Source: Candidatus Marinacidobacterales bacterium (GTDB taxonomy: Bacteria; Acidobacteriota; Vicinamibacteria; Marinacidobacterales; SMYC01). From it: DNA of 64,000 nucleotides. The position numbers and the translations under genes are program-made. The DNA lies in contig OZ250169.1 in the NCBI GenBank assembly GCA_965237955.1, forward strand, positions 1,952,001-2,016,000, in the 5' to 3' direction. Each line of letters opens with the position of its first letter. Positions within the stretch are counted from its first letter, which is position 1. This document shows positions 29,434-39,170 of the stretch, piece by piece. The notes beneath the pieces were generated by a model, which was not told the DNA's origin, searched no databases, and saw only the letters and a program-made list of their open reading frames with translations.

Positions 29434-30032
29434 TCTCCTATCTCGAAGGGCGACTCAACGAAAAGGCGCCCGATCACGTCGTCGTTCTCGTCGGCGGTGT
29501 CGGCTACAAAGTGTTGATCCCGGTATCGACGTACTACGAGCTACCGGGGGAAGGTGAGTCGATCGCCCTTCAGGTGCACACGCATGTGCGCGAGGACACC
29601 CTGGCGCTCTACGGCTTCTTCTCGGCGAAAGAGCAGCTTCTGTTCCACCGGCTCATTGGTGTCGCCGGCGTGGGCCCCTCGCTGGCGCTCAAAGTCATGT
29701 CGGGTCTCGAGCCTCAAGTGCTCATCGACTCGATCCGGCGTGGAGATCGACAGCGTCTCCACGCCATTCCCGGTGTCGGCAAGAAAACCGCCGATCGCCT
29801 CATTCTCGAGCTACGCGACAAGATGCCCGAGCTTGCCGCGAGCGAAGATCGCACGACGGGAGCGAGCGCCGATCCGGCGCGGACGCTCGCCGACGATCTA
29901 GTGTCGGCGCTCTTGAATCTCGGGTTCCCTCGACCGCAATCCGAGAAGCAAGTCGAGGCGGTCGTCGACAGCGACCCCGACGCCAAATTCGAGGATGCGC
30001 TCAAGAACGTTCTGCGAAAGCTGTCAGGGTAG
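29430..30032 (+). CDS. ruvA: Holliday junction branch migration protein A
   Basis: GVGY, HVRED..LYGF, GVGP and PGVGKKTA. Confidence 0.97.
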   Translation: MISYLEGRLNEKAPDHVVVLVGGVGYKVLIPVSTYYELPGEGESIALQVHTHVREDTLALYGFFSAKEQLLFHRLIGVAGVGPSLALKVMSGLEPQVLIDSIRRGDRQRLHAIPGVGKKTADRLILELRDKMPELAASEDRTTGASADPARTLADDLVSALLNLGFPRPQSEKQVEAVVDSDPDAKFEDALKNVLRKLSG

Positions 30033-31823
30033 ATGACGCGGGAAGAAATCCTCGATCTGTATAGCGCTCGGGTCGCGGAGCGCAAGATCGAGCGAGAGCG
30101 TCGCGGTAAAAAGGTCTCTTGGGTCTCCTACGCGCGTCTTCTTGTTTTTGTCGTAGGCGTCGCGATGGCGTGGTTTGTCTGGGAGACGGACTCGGTCCCC
30201 TGGCCCTGGCTCTTAGCTCCCGCGGCCGCGTTCGCGGTGCTGATGAGCTGGCACGCGCGTCTCTATGAGGGCCTGCGCCAGGCCGAACGCTCCGAAAAAT
30301 TCTACACCCGAGGCCTCGCAAGGCTTCGGGACGAGTGGCCGGGCTCGGGGAACCAGGGTGTGTCGTTCGTCGACGCGCGCCATCCGTATGCGAGCGATCT
30401 CGATATCTTCGGGAACGGCTCGCTTTTCGAGCTCCTCGCCACGACCGAGAGCCCGTGGGGTGCGAATACCCTCGCCGAGTGGCTGCTCTCGCCGGCGAGC
30501 CCCGAGGTCGTACGTCAACGCCAGGAGGCGGTGGCCGAGCTCGCTCCGCTGGTGGAGCTACGCGAAGACATCGCTCGCGAGCACGACGACGCGGTGGAGA
30601 CGGTCAACCCGGAAACACTGTCGAAATGGGCCATTGAACCACCAGTTTTAGTGTCGCGCGGGGCACGTCTCGTCGCACTCGTTCTAGGTGTCCTAAGCTT
30701 TGTGGCCGTCATCGGCTGGGCGGCGTCGTGGTGGGCACGCTTGCCGTTCGTGAGCCTCGTCGCCGTCAGTGGGTCGTTCGCGATCGCGTACCGTCCGCGT
30801 GTGCGCTCGGTTCTCGCGGCGGTGGAGGACCCGGCGAGCGCGCTCGGTGTCCTATCGATGCTTCTGGTGCGTCTGGAAGGTGAAGGGTTTTCCTCGCCGC
30901 TGCTGGTTGCGCTCCAGGAGGCGCTGGTCTCCGATGGCGAGCCTGCGTCGAAACAGATACGCCGCCTCGCTCGACGCGTCGACTACCTCGATGCGCGCCG
31001 GAACCAGTTGTTCGCCCCGTTTGCGGCGCTCTTGCTCTGGGGCACCCAGTTCGCGTTCGCCATCGAGTCGTGGCGGCTGCACTCGGGCCCTCGAGTGCCA
31101 CGTTGGCTGTCCGCCGTCGGGGAGCTCGATGCACTCTTGGCGCTCGGCACCTACGCGTTCGAGCATGCCTCGGACCCGTTCCCCACGATACGGGACGACA
31201 CCGTCGTCTTCGACGCGGAAGGGCTGGGCCATCCGCTCATCCCGGATGCCCGTCTCATTCGAAACGACGTGCGCTTCGGAGACAAGCTACGTCTCGTCGT
31301 CGTTTCCGGCTCGAACATGTCGGGCAAGAGCACGTTCTTGCGCGCGGTCGGGATCAATACCGTGCTCGCGTTTGCCGGCGCTCCGGTGCGCGCGAGACGG
31401 CTCGAGGTCTCGCCACTTGCGGTGGCGGCGTCGATCCGCATTGTCGATTCGCTCCAGGATGGGGTCTCGCACTTCTATGCCGAGATTTTGCGGTTGCGAC
31501 AAGTCCTGGAGCTCACTTCCGGGGACACCACCGTCCTGTTTCTTCTCGACGAGATCCTGCACGGCACGAACTCGCACGATCGCCGCATCGGAGCGGAGGC
31601 GGTCGTCCGCGGCCTCGTCGAGCGCGGCGCCGTCGGCTTCATCACCACGCATGACCTCGCGCTTTCGAAGATGGCCGACGCGATGGATAGGGCCGCGACG
31701 AACGTTCACTTCGAAGATCAGATCGTGGACGGAAAAATCCAGTTCGATTACGTCATGCGCGAAGGCGTCGTCACGAAAAGCAACGCCCTCGACCTCATGC
31801 GCTCGGTCGGCCTCGAAGTTTAG
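30033..31823 (+). CDS. Membrane-anchored MutS-related ATPase (domain V, no mismatch-binding domain)
   Basis: TM helices, HPYASDLDIFG, SGSNMSGKST, SHFYAEI, LLDEILHGTNS and TTHD. Confidence 0.9.
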   Translation: MTREEILDLYSARVAERKIERERRGKKVSWVSYARLLVFVVGVAMAWFVWETDSVPWPWLLAPAAAFAVLMSWHARLYEGLRQAERSEKFYTRGLARLRDEWPGSGNQGVSFVDARHPYASDLDIFGNGSLFELLATTESPWGANTLAEWLLSPASPEVVRQRQEAVAELAPLVELREDIAREHDDAVETVNPETLSKWAIEPPVLVSRGARLVALVLGVLSFVAVIGWAASWWARLPFVSLVAVSGSFAIAYRPRVRSVLAAVEDPASALGVLSMLLVRLEGEGFSSPLLVALQEALVSDGEPASKQIRRLARRVDYLDARRNQLFAPFAALLLWGTQFAFAIESWRLHSGPRVPRWLSAVGELDALLALGTYAFEHASDPFPTIRDDTVVFDAEGLGHPLIPDARLIRNDVRFGDKLRLVVVSGSNMSGKSTFLRAVGINTVLAFAGAPVRARRLEVSPLAVAASIRIVDSLQDGVSHFYAEILRLRQVLELTSGDTTVLFLLDEILHGTNSHDRRIGAEAVVRGLVERGAVGFITTHDLALSKMADAMDRAATNVHFEDQIVDGKIQFDYVMREGVVTKSNALDLMRSVGLEV

Positions 31824-31874
31824 GGTCGGGCACGCGCACGGGCACGGGTAGGTGAGGTAGACTTTTCCCGAAAG

Positions 31875-32903
31875 ATGACAGAGCGTCTGGTCTCGCTGGG
31901 CCGCACCGATGAGGATGTCTCTCTCGACCAGAGCCTTCGGCCGCGGGGGTTCAGTGAGTACGTCGGCCAGAAGAAGATTCTGGCGCAGCTCGAGATCGCG
32001 GTTCAGGCCGCACGTGAGCGTGGTGAGGCGATGGACCATCTGCTCACCTACGGACCTCCCGGGCTCGGTAAAACGACGCTCGCGCACGTGGTGGCGAACG
32101 AGCTCGGGGTGAATATCACCACGACCGCGGGACCGCTCATCGAAAAATCCGGAGACCTGGTCGCGCTCCTCACCAATCTCGAAGAGCGGGACGTTCTTTT
32201 TATCGACGAGATCCACCGGCTCCACCCTTCCATCGAGGAGGTCCTCTATCCGGCGATGGAGGATTTCCGGCTCGACATCATTATTGGACAAGGGCCGTCG
32301 GCGAAATCCGTCAAGATCCCGGTGTCTCAGTTCACGCTGATCGGCGCGACCACGCGCGCCGGCCTGCTCACGTCACCTCTCCGCTCACGCTTCGGCATCG
32401 TGCATCGTCTCGACTTCTACACGGTGGAGGATCTGACCTCCGTCATCGAACGCTCTGCGTCGATCCTCGGCGTTCCCGTCGACAACGCCGCATCGGTTTC
32501 GATGGCCAAGCGCTCCCGGGGAACACCGCGCATCGCCAATCGTCTGCTGCGCCGCGTGCGGGACTACGCACAAGTCAAAGCGGACGGAACCATCACCGCC
32601 CCAGTAGCCGCCGACGCACTCACCCTTCTCGAGGTCGACGAGATGGGTTTCGATGAAATGGATCGCAGCATCCTGCACACGCTCATGGACAAGTTCTCTG
32701 GAGCACCCGTCGGGCTTTCGACCGTCGCCGCCGTCGTCGGCGAAGAGCCCGACACCATCGAGGACATCTACGAGCCGTACCTGATCCAGATTGGATTCCT
32801 CGATCGCACGCCGCGAGGCCGCATTGCTACCGAGCGCGCCTACCGTCACTTCGGGCTGACGCCCACCGAGCGACAAAAAGACCCGCAAAAACGTCTGTTT
32901 TGA
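31875..32903 (+). CDS. ruvB: Holliday junction branch migration helicase B
   Basis: [31 protein letters not shown] and RTPRGR. Confidence 0.98.
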   Translation: MTERLVSLGRTDEDVSLDQSLRPRGFSEYVGQKKILAQLEIAVQAARERGEAMDHLLTYGPPGLGKTTLAHVVANELGVNITTTAGPLIEKSGDLVALLTNLEERDVLFIDEIHRLHPSIEEVLYPAMEDFRLDIIIGQGPSAKSVKIPVSQFTLIGATTRAGLLTSPLRSRFGIVHRLDFYTVEDLTSVIERSASILGVPVDNAASVSMAKRSRGTPRIANRLLRRVRDYAQVKADGTITAPVAADALTLLEVDEMGFDEMDRSILHTLMDKFSGAPVGLSTVAAVVGEEPDTIEDIYEPYLIQIGFLDRTPRGRIATERAYRHFGLTPTERQKDPQKRLF

Positions 32904-33913
32904 AACTGTCCGCGTTCGACTACGAGCTCCCGGGAAAGCTCATCGCGCAGGAACCCTTGTCGGTGCGCGATCAATCCCGCCTGCTGTGCATCGGGAAGGG
33001 TGGGGGGCTCGCTGGGGCCATTCACCATCGTCGCTTCGACGCGTTGCCGGATCTGCTCGAGCCAGGCGATCTTCTGGTGCTGAACGACACGAAGGTGTTT
33101 CCGGCTCGACTCCTTGGCAACCGCGCGACGGGGGGCGCGGTGGAGCTTCTGCTCCTCGAAAATCTCGATGACGACACGTGGCGGGTTTTGGGAAAGCCCA
33201 CCAAAAAACTTCGCGTGGGCGCCGAGCTCACGTTCGGCGAGGGAAAACTCAAAGGCGAGGTCGTCGACCAAAAGACGCTATCGGTACGCTTCGACTACGA
33301 CGGTGATTGGGATGAGGTCGTCGACACCCTCGGTAGGACACCGCTGCCTCCTTACATTCGTCCAACGGACGATGAGCTCGAGACCCGCGAGCGTTACCAA
33401 ACGGTATACGCCACAACGCGGGGCTCGATTGCCGCGCCGACCGCAGGTCTGCACTTCACTGACGCCCTTTTCGATGCGCTGAAGCGTCGCGGCGTCGGCG
33501 TCGCCACGATCACGCTTCACGTGGGGTACGCCACGTTCGAGCCCGTGCGCACCGAAGAGGTGTCCGAGCACCGGATGGGCATCGAGCGCTTCGAAGTGCC
33601 ACGGGAGACCCTCGAGCGTATTCGCTCCAGCCGAACCGTGGTCGCCGTGGGAACGACGACCGTGCGCGCGCTCGAGTCTGCGGCCCGGCTCGACTTCGCG
33701 CCCGGATGGCACGCGAGCGATCTCTTCATCATTCCTGGGTTCGATTTCCGTGTCGTGGGCGGCCTGGTGACGAATTTCCATCTTCCCAAGAGCACGTTGC
33801 TGATGCTGGTGTCCGCGCTCGGCGGTGTGGAAAACGTGCGCGCCGCCTATCGTGAGGCCGTAGAGCAGAAGTACCGCTTTTATAGCTACGGCGACGCTAT
33901 GTTGATTCTATAA
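32900..33913 (+). CDS. queA: S-adenosylmethionine:tRNA ribosyltransferase-isomerase
   Basis: [37 protein letters not shown] and [10 protein letters not shown]. Confidence 0.97.
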   Translation: MKLSAFDYELPGKLIAQEPLSVRDQSRLLCIGKGGGLAGAIHHRRFDALPDLLEPGDLLVLNDTKVFPARLLGNRATGGAVELLLLENLDDDTWRVLGKPTKKLRVGAELTFGEGKLKGEVVDQKTLSVRFDYDGDWDEVVDTLGRTPLPPYIRPTDDELETRERYQTVYATTRGSIAAPTAGLHFTDALFDALKRRGVGVATITLHVGYATFEPVRTEEVSEHRMGIERFEVPRETLERIRSSRTVVAVGTTTVRALESAARLDFAPGWHASDLFIIPGFDFRVVGGLVTNFHLPKSTLLMLVSALGGVENVRAAYREAVEQKYRFYSYGDAMLIL

Positions 33914-35100
33914 AGGGGACAGGTATACCTGTCCCTGAAGAATCCCCACGAAATCGTTGGCGGGAACTGGCAAGAAGCCAGTAGAGTTGAGCCACGGAGC
34001 GCGACGCAGCAACGACTCGATGCGTGGGCGATGGGCCACCGGCGGAGCACCGGGTTCATGGCTGTCGTGCGAGGGCGGTGTCTCAGGCGACTTTGTCCCG
34101 GCAAGCGCGAGCGTCGGCTGAGGTTCGCCGACTCGGTCGCCCGAGCGCCGGTGCCGGTCCATCTTCTTCTTGCCGTAATCAAGCTCAGCCATGTAAGCGT
34201 TGTGAGCCGGACACGCCAGTCGTACGTTGTCCACGCTTCGATCCCAGCTAACGCGTAGGGCTCGTCGTGGTGGAACTCGAGCCGGTGGCGCTCCGGGCAG
34301 CGTTTGCCCTGGGCGCTGATGAACGTACATTGACCCCCATCGCGCTTCCAGACGGCGCGTTTCACCGCGGCGGAGATGCCGCGCACGCCCGGTGATGTGT
34401 CGGCGTCTTCGAGTTTTTTTCTCGGCTTGTTCGTCTTGCCATACCGTTTGGCTTCGAGACGCTCGAGTTTGTCGCGGAGCTCCTCGCTCGCCGTGAAAGC
34501 CACTTTGTAGCGCGCGGGTGACAACGGTTTGACTGTTGCCGGCTTCTCAGGGGTTGCCGAAGGCTCTTCCTTCGCTACCCGAGCCTTTTGTTCAACTGTG
34601 TCCGGACACAGTTGCGTCGACAAGTGCGATTTCAATGGCTCGGAGTTGGCTTTCCGTTGCGGCCGCTTTCGAATCGTCGGACGAACATCAGGCTTCGGCG
34701 CCAACTCGGCCACGAGCTCTTCGATCTCACGCTTAGTCCTGTGAGTGGCTCGATCCAAAACGTTTTCGTAGTTGGCGTCCGTTAGATGCTTTTTCAATAC
34801 CGAGATACCGGCCAAGTGAATGCGTCCATCCTCGAGCATTTTTAGGAGCACAGGATAGCTGCGGGAGAGACGAGCCGCCGCGATGCGTCGATAGGCTTCC
34901 GACTCTGACAAATGCAACACGTCAAGGCAGTATTGAAACATCGACGGCGACCCTTCACGCGCATAGAGTCGCCGCGCATCGACTTCGGCAATGTGTGCGA
35001 CAAGAACCCACTCCACTCGTCGCGACTGCGCCAACACATTGGACAAACAACGAAGCAACTCGTCGTCGGAAAGTGATTTCAAATCGTCTTTGTCGTTCAT
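33908..35100 (-). pseudogene. Frameshifted HNH endonuclease with a DUF222-like N-terminus
   Basis: LVAHIAEVDARRLY...SMFQYC...EAYRRI; VWKRDGGQC...CPE...LEFHH. The HNH motif continues in another frame (DRSVDNVRLACPAHN) after about 34250. Confidence 0.8.
33916..33935. repeat. Perfect 20-bp palindrome GGGACAGGTATACCTGTCCC (REP-like or terminator-like)
   Basis: Self-complementary; starts 2 bp after the queA stop. Confidence 0.6.
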
Positions 35101-35292
35101 TTGTTTCTTATAGCATGGACTTTTTCATCGCTTGCACTTTGCGTGTGCGAAGCGACAAGACATCAACCCTCTTTCAAAGTCTCGACGATGAAGACAGGGC
35201 GACTAGCGTTTCTCTAACGCACGCACAGACGCACTACAGAGCGCACCCACCCTTTTTACCAAAGTGCTTCCAAAAGGCTGTCAACTAAATAA

Positions 35293-37008
35293 GGTTCTCC
35301 TGTCGTTTCGGGGGATCTGATTTGTGTTGGAGGGCATGGCCTATGGACGCTGCCGCGATTGTGGAAAACGCCGGAAACTCCGGGCGAGAGAGGCGTTTAG
35401 GGAAAGGTTGTGAGCACGTACAAACGTGGAGCGGCGTTTTCCACAATCGCTTGGAAAACGCTTCGCGTTTCCCACGAGCGCCCACAGGCCCCTCCTGATA
35501 TATATACAAGAAAGATTAATTCATATGGAATAAGGAAGGGGGGGCTCGATTAGTGGAGGCTATGGAAAACGCCCTTCCAGGCTTCGAAGAGAACTCAGTC
35601 GTGAGCAAGGTCTGAACGACCAGAACCGTGGGGGCGTTTCCCACAGCCTTGTCTCCCGCTGAGGGGCAGTGGCATTTGGTGAGGCCCGTGGGTTGAGAGG
35701 GTAAGCCATGTGTAGATGCGCATCGGCGAGAACGCTAGAATCTTTTTTTCCGAAAGAGAAAAGAGCGTTCCCGCGATGCGCGTTACTACGTTAGTCAACA
35801 AGCTCATCGGATTGCAAGGCCTGTGGGTCCGAGGTTTCCACTTCCAGGCGGACAAAGCCAGAGTGGTGGTGGATGTAGTACCACGGAGGAGGAAGCCTCT
35901 GTGCGGGATTTGCGGACGAAAGGTCCGCAAGAACAAAGATCGCTACAATCGCTACTGGCGGCACTTGGACCTGTTCGGAGTCCGGACCTATCTTCGCTAC
36001 TCGATCCGACGAGTGGTATGTCGGCGGTGTGGAGTGGTCAGAGAAAAGGTGCCTTGGGCAGACAAGGGAAGCCGCTTTACCAAAAGCTTCGAACAAGAGG
36101 TAGCGTGGCTGGCACAGAGGACGGACGTCAGCGCCGTAGCGAACTATTTCCGAGTGACGTGGCGTTCGGTGCGACGGATCATCCAGCGAGTGGTTGCCGA
36201 GCAGCGGGATGAGCGGCGCGAGCTCGATGGATTGCGGGTGATTGGGATGGACGAGATCAGCTACCGCAAACGCCACAAGTACTTAACAGTGGTAATAGAC
36301 CATCTCAGCGGCCGGGTCGTCTGGGCGGGAAAGGAGCGCAAGGCCAAGACGCTGCTGCGGTTTTTCCGCAAGCTCGGACCACAAAGAGCCGCGGAGCTCG
36401 AAGCGGTCAGCATGGACATGTGGGAGCCGTACATAACTGTCGTCGGCAAAAAGGCTCCTCAGGCACGGGTGATCTTTGACCGCTTCCACATCGTCAAGCA
36501 TCTGAACGAGGCCGTGGATAAGACCCGGCGCGAGCTGGTGCGCGAGCTCAAAGGGACTGCCCGGCGCAACCTCAAGAACACCAAGTTTCCCCTTCTCAAG
36601 GCCAAACACAACCGCAGCGCGAAAGACAAACGGGTGCTCCGCGAGCAGGTGCGAGCTAATCGTCGCCTCTACCGCGCCATGCTTCTGCGCGACGACTTCA
36701 TGGACCTCTACACCTACAAAACCGAGACATGGGCCAAGAAGTTTCTCCGAGGATGGCTGCGGCGCGCTATGAGCTCGAGGATAGAGCCCGTCAAACGCGC
36801 GGCGAAGATGAGCAGCCACTTCGATGGCGTCATCGCGTGGGTCACGTGGAGACTCAGCAACGGCCGACTCGAAGGAATGAACAACAAAATCCGGCTGCTG
36901 AGCCACCGCAGCTTTGGACTCCACTCTGCCGAAGCTCTCATCAGTCTCGTCTACCTAAACTGTGGCGGTCTCACCCTCGAGAGGATCCACTGAAATGGCA
37001 GGAGAGGC
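35293..37008 (+). mobile_element. ISL3 family insertion sequence
   Basis: Imperfect terminal IRs (GGTTCTCCTGTCGTTTCGGGGGATC vs GCCTCTCCTGCCATTTCAGTGGATC) and an 8-bp TSD CTAAATAA at 35285-35292 and 37009-37016. Confidence 0.92.
35776..36993 (+). CDS. ISL3 family transposase
   Basis: Zn finger CGIC...CRRC, VPWA, IGMDE, SMDM, DRFH and EGMNNKI. Confidence 0.95.
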   Translation: MRVTTLVNKLIGLQGLWVRGFHFQADKARVVVDVVPRRRKPLCGICGRKVRKNKDRYNRYWRHLDLFGVRTYLRYSIRRVVCRRCGVVREKVPWADKGSRFTKSFEQEVAWLAQRTDVSAVANYFRVTWRSVRRIIQRVVAEQRDERRELDGLRVIGMDEISYRKRHKYLTVVIDHLSGRVVWAGKERKAKTLLRFFRKLGPQRAAELEAVSMDMWEPYITVVGKKAPQARVIFDRFHIVKHLNEAVDKTRRELVRELKGTARRNLKNTKFPLLKAKHNRSAKDKRVLREQVRANRRLYRAMLLRDDFMDLYTYKTETWAKKFLRGWLRRAMSSRIEPVKRAAKMSSHFDGVIAWVTWRLSNGRLEGMNNKIRLLSHRSFGLHSAEALISLVYLNCGGLTLERIH

Positions 37009-37017
37009 CTAAATAAT

Positions 37018-38390
37018 TGGTCCGGACCGGGTACATTGGTGACAAAACAGACCGGCGACATGGGTGACAATCCCTTTACCAGGGAGGTGGCCGATGCCGT
37101 GGGACGAGACGAATTGCATGAATGAACGAGTGAGATTCATCGCTACGCGCCTTGAAGCTGGGGAGCCGTTCAGTGCCCTGTGCGAACGGTTTGGGGTGAG
37201 CCGAAAGACTGGCTACAAGTGGGTCGAACGTTACGAGTTGGATGGGGTCGCAGGTCTGGAAGAGCGTTCTCGCGCCCCTTTGTCGCATCCTCACGCTGTC
37301 GCGGACGACGTGGTGGAAAAGATTCTGAGAGCCCGGAAGAAACACCCGCGTTGGGGACCGCGCAAGTTGCGTGTCATCCTGCAACGGCACTATCCGCAGC
37401 TCGCGCTGCCGGCGACGAGCACGATCGGAGAGGTTCTGCGTAAGAATGGGCTCATCCAGAAGCGGCGGCGGATACGCCGAAGCTCTCCGTATGGCGATCG
37501 TCTGGGCGACTACGGGAGCCCCAATGCGGTGTGGTGTGCCGACTTCAAGGGACATTTTCCGGTTGCAGGGGAGCGTTGTCACCCCTTGACCGTGAGCGAC
37601 GGATGCAGTCGCTATTTATTTGCCTGTCAGGGTCTTCACCGGCCATTGTTCAAGCCGACACGGAAGATATTCGAATCGGTATTTCGAGCATACGGTCTGC
37701 CGGACGCGATTCGAACCGACAACGGAGCGCCGTTCTCGACTCTTGCGCCAGGAGGACTGTCCAGACTTGCTGTTTGGTGGATTCGTCTCGGAATCCGTCC
37801 TGAGCGGATTCAGCCCGGCCGACCCGATCAAAACGGAAGACATGAACGGATGCACAGCACCTTGAAGTCAGAGACGGCTAAACCGCCCCGAGCGAGCTTT
37901 CGAGCACAGCAACGGGCATTCGATCGGTTCCGGGAGGAATACAACGAAATCCGCCCGCATGAGGCACTTGGTCAGGAGGTTCCTGCATCTCGCTATCAGC
38001 CCTCGAACCGCCCCTACCCTCGTCAGCTCCCGCAAATCGAATACCCGGAGCACTTCTACGTCGCTCAAACCTATCCCAACGGAATGATCTCTTTTGAGTC
38101 CAAGCAGTGGTACATAAGCAGCTGTCTAAAGTCAGAGCGCGTCGGTCTCGAGCAAGTCGATGACGACCGGTGGAAGGTTCACTTCGGTCCCGTCCCTCTC
38201 GGGATTCTCGATGTTCGAAACGCCAGGGACCGTGGATATCGCGCCTTTGGGCTTCTAGTTTCTCCCGAACGACGAAGCAAGAGGCCATACAAAAGACGAG
38301 GCCCGAAATGATCTCGAAGAGAATCCACGACACCGCAAACTGTTACCTATGTGCCCGGTCTGTTTCGTTACCGATGTAGGCGGTTGCACA
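37018..38390 (+). mobile_element. IS481 family insertion sequence
   Basis: Long imperfect IRs (TACATTGGTGACAAAACAGACCGGCGACATGGGTGACA vs TGTTACCTATGTGCCCGGTCTGTTTCGTTACCGATGTA). Right end ends in ACA; the left tip is eroded and its coordinate is approximate. Confidence 0.85.
37094..38311 (+). CDS. IS481 family transposase
   Basis: MPW, FGVSRKTGYKW, WCADFKG, IRTDNG, QNGRHER and RPHEAL. Confidence 0.95.
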   Translation: MPWDETNCMNERVRFIATRLEAGEPFSALCERFGVSRKTGYKWVERYELDGVAGLEERSRAPLSHPHAVADDVVEKILRARKKHPRWGPRKLRVILQRHYPQLALPATSTIGEVLRKNGLIQKRRRIRRSSPYGDRLGDYGSPNAVWCADFKGHFPVAGERCHPLTVSDGCSRYLFACQGLHRPLFKPTRKIFESVFRAYGLPDAIRTDNGAPFSTLAPGGLSRLAVWWIRLGIRPERIQPGRPDQNGRHERMHSTLKSETAKPPRASFRAQQRAFDRFREEYNEIRPHEALGQEVPASRYQPSNRPYPRQLPQIEYPEHFYVAQTYPNGMISFESKQWYISSCLKSERVGLEQVDDDRWKVHFGPVPLGILDVRNARDRGYRAFGLLVSPERRSKRPYKRRGPK

Positions 38391-38597
38391 ATTCGTTTTG
38401 TTCTACTTTTTTTCTGGAGCGTTCACACCAACTGTGCCCGGACACAGTTGCCCAAAGCACGACGGCCCAACCCGCGCCCGAACCTGGTGCCTGGAGCTCC
38501 CGTCCGCCCATCGCCCACTTATCGAATCACAACGGCGCGCGGCGCGAGGTACTGGCAGCCGCCATACCGAAAAGCCCGCCGATATATAATCCCGTTC

Positions 38598-39170
38598 GTG
38601 GATCGAGACTCGCTGTTATCCGCAGTCGAGGACAGCGTTGCCCTGAAGCAGTCGTTCTTCGACCAAGAGGCGGATACGGTTTTGAAAGCAGGCGCGCTTC
38701 TCGCGGATGCGCTGCGAGCGGGTAGGAAAGTGCTCGTTTTCGGCAACGGGGGAAGTGCGGCCGATGCGCAACATTTTTCCGCGGAGCTCGTGAACCGCTT
38801 CAGAGACGATCGGCCCGCCCTCGCCGCCATCGCGTTGACGACGGATTCGTCGATCCTGACGAGCGTCGCGAACGACAGTCACTACCACGACATCTTCAGC
38901 CGTCAAATCGAGGCCCTTGGCGCCGAAGGCGACGTCGCCCTCGCGATCAGCACGAGCGGTAACTCCCCGAACGTGTTGAAGGCGGTTTCGGTATCGCGAA
39001 CCAAGCGGTTGAGAACGATCGGTCTCGCCGGCCGGGACGGAGGCGAGCTCGCTTCGTCGGTCGAGCTCTGTCTCACGGTTCCGCACCAGGAGACCGCACG
39101 CATTCAGGAAGTGCACGGCATGCTCGTGCATTTTTTCTGTCAAATGATCGAGGACGAGCTTTTCCCATAG
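38598..39170 (+). CDS. gmhA: D-sedoheptulose 7-phosphate isomerase
   Basis: FGNGGSAADAQH, AND, STSGNS and TARIQEVH; TATAAT 7 nt upstream of the GTG. Confidence 0.96.
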   Translation: MDRDSLLSAVEDSVALKQSFFDQEADTVLKAGALLADALRAGRKVLVFGNGGSAADAQHFSAELVNRFRDDRPALAAIALTTDSSILTSVANDSHYHDIFSRQIEALGAEGDVALAISTSGNSPNVLKAVSVSRTKRLRTIGLAGRDGGELASSVELCLTVPHQETARIQEVHGMLVHFFCQMIEDELFP

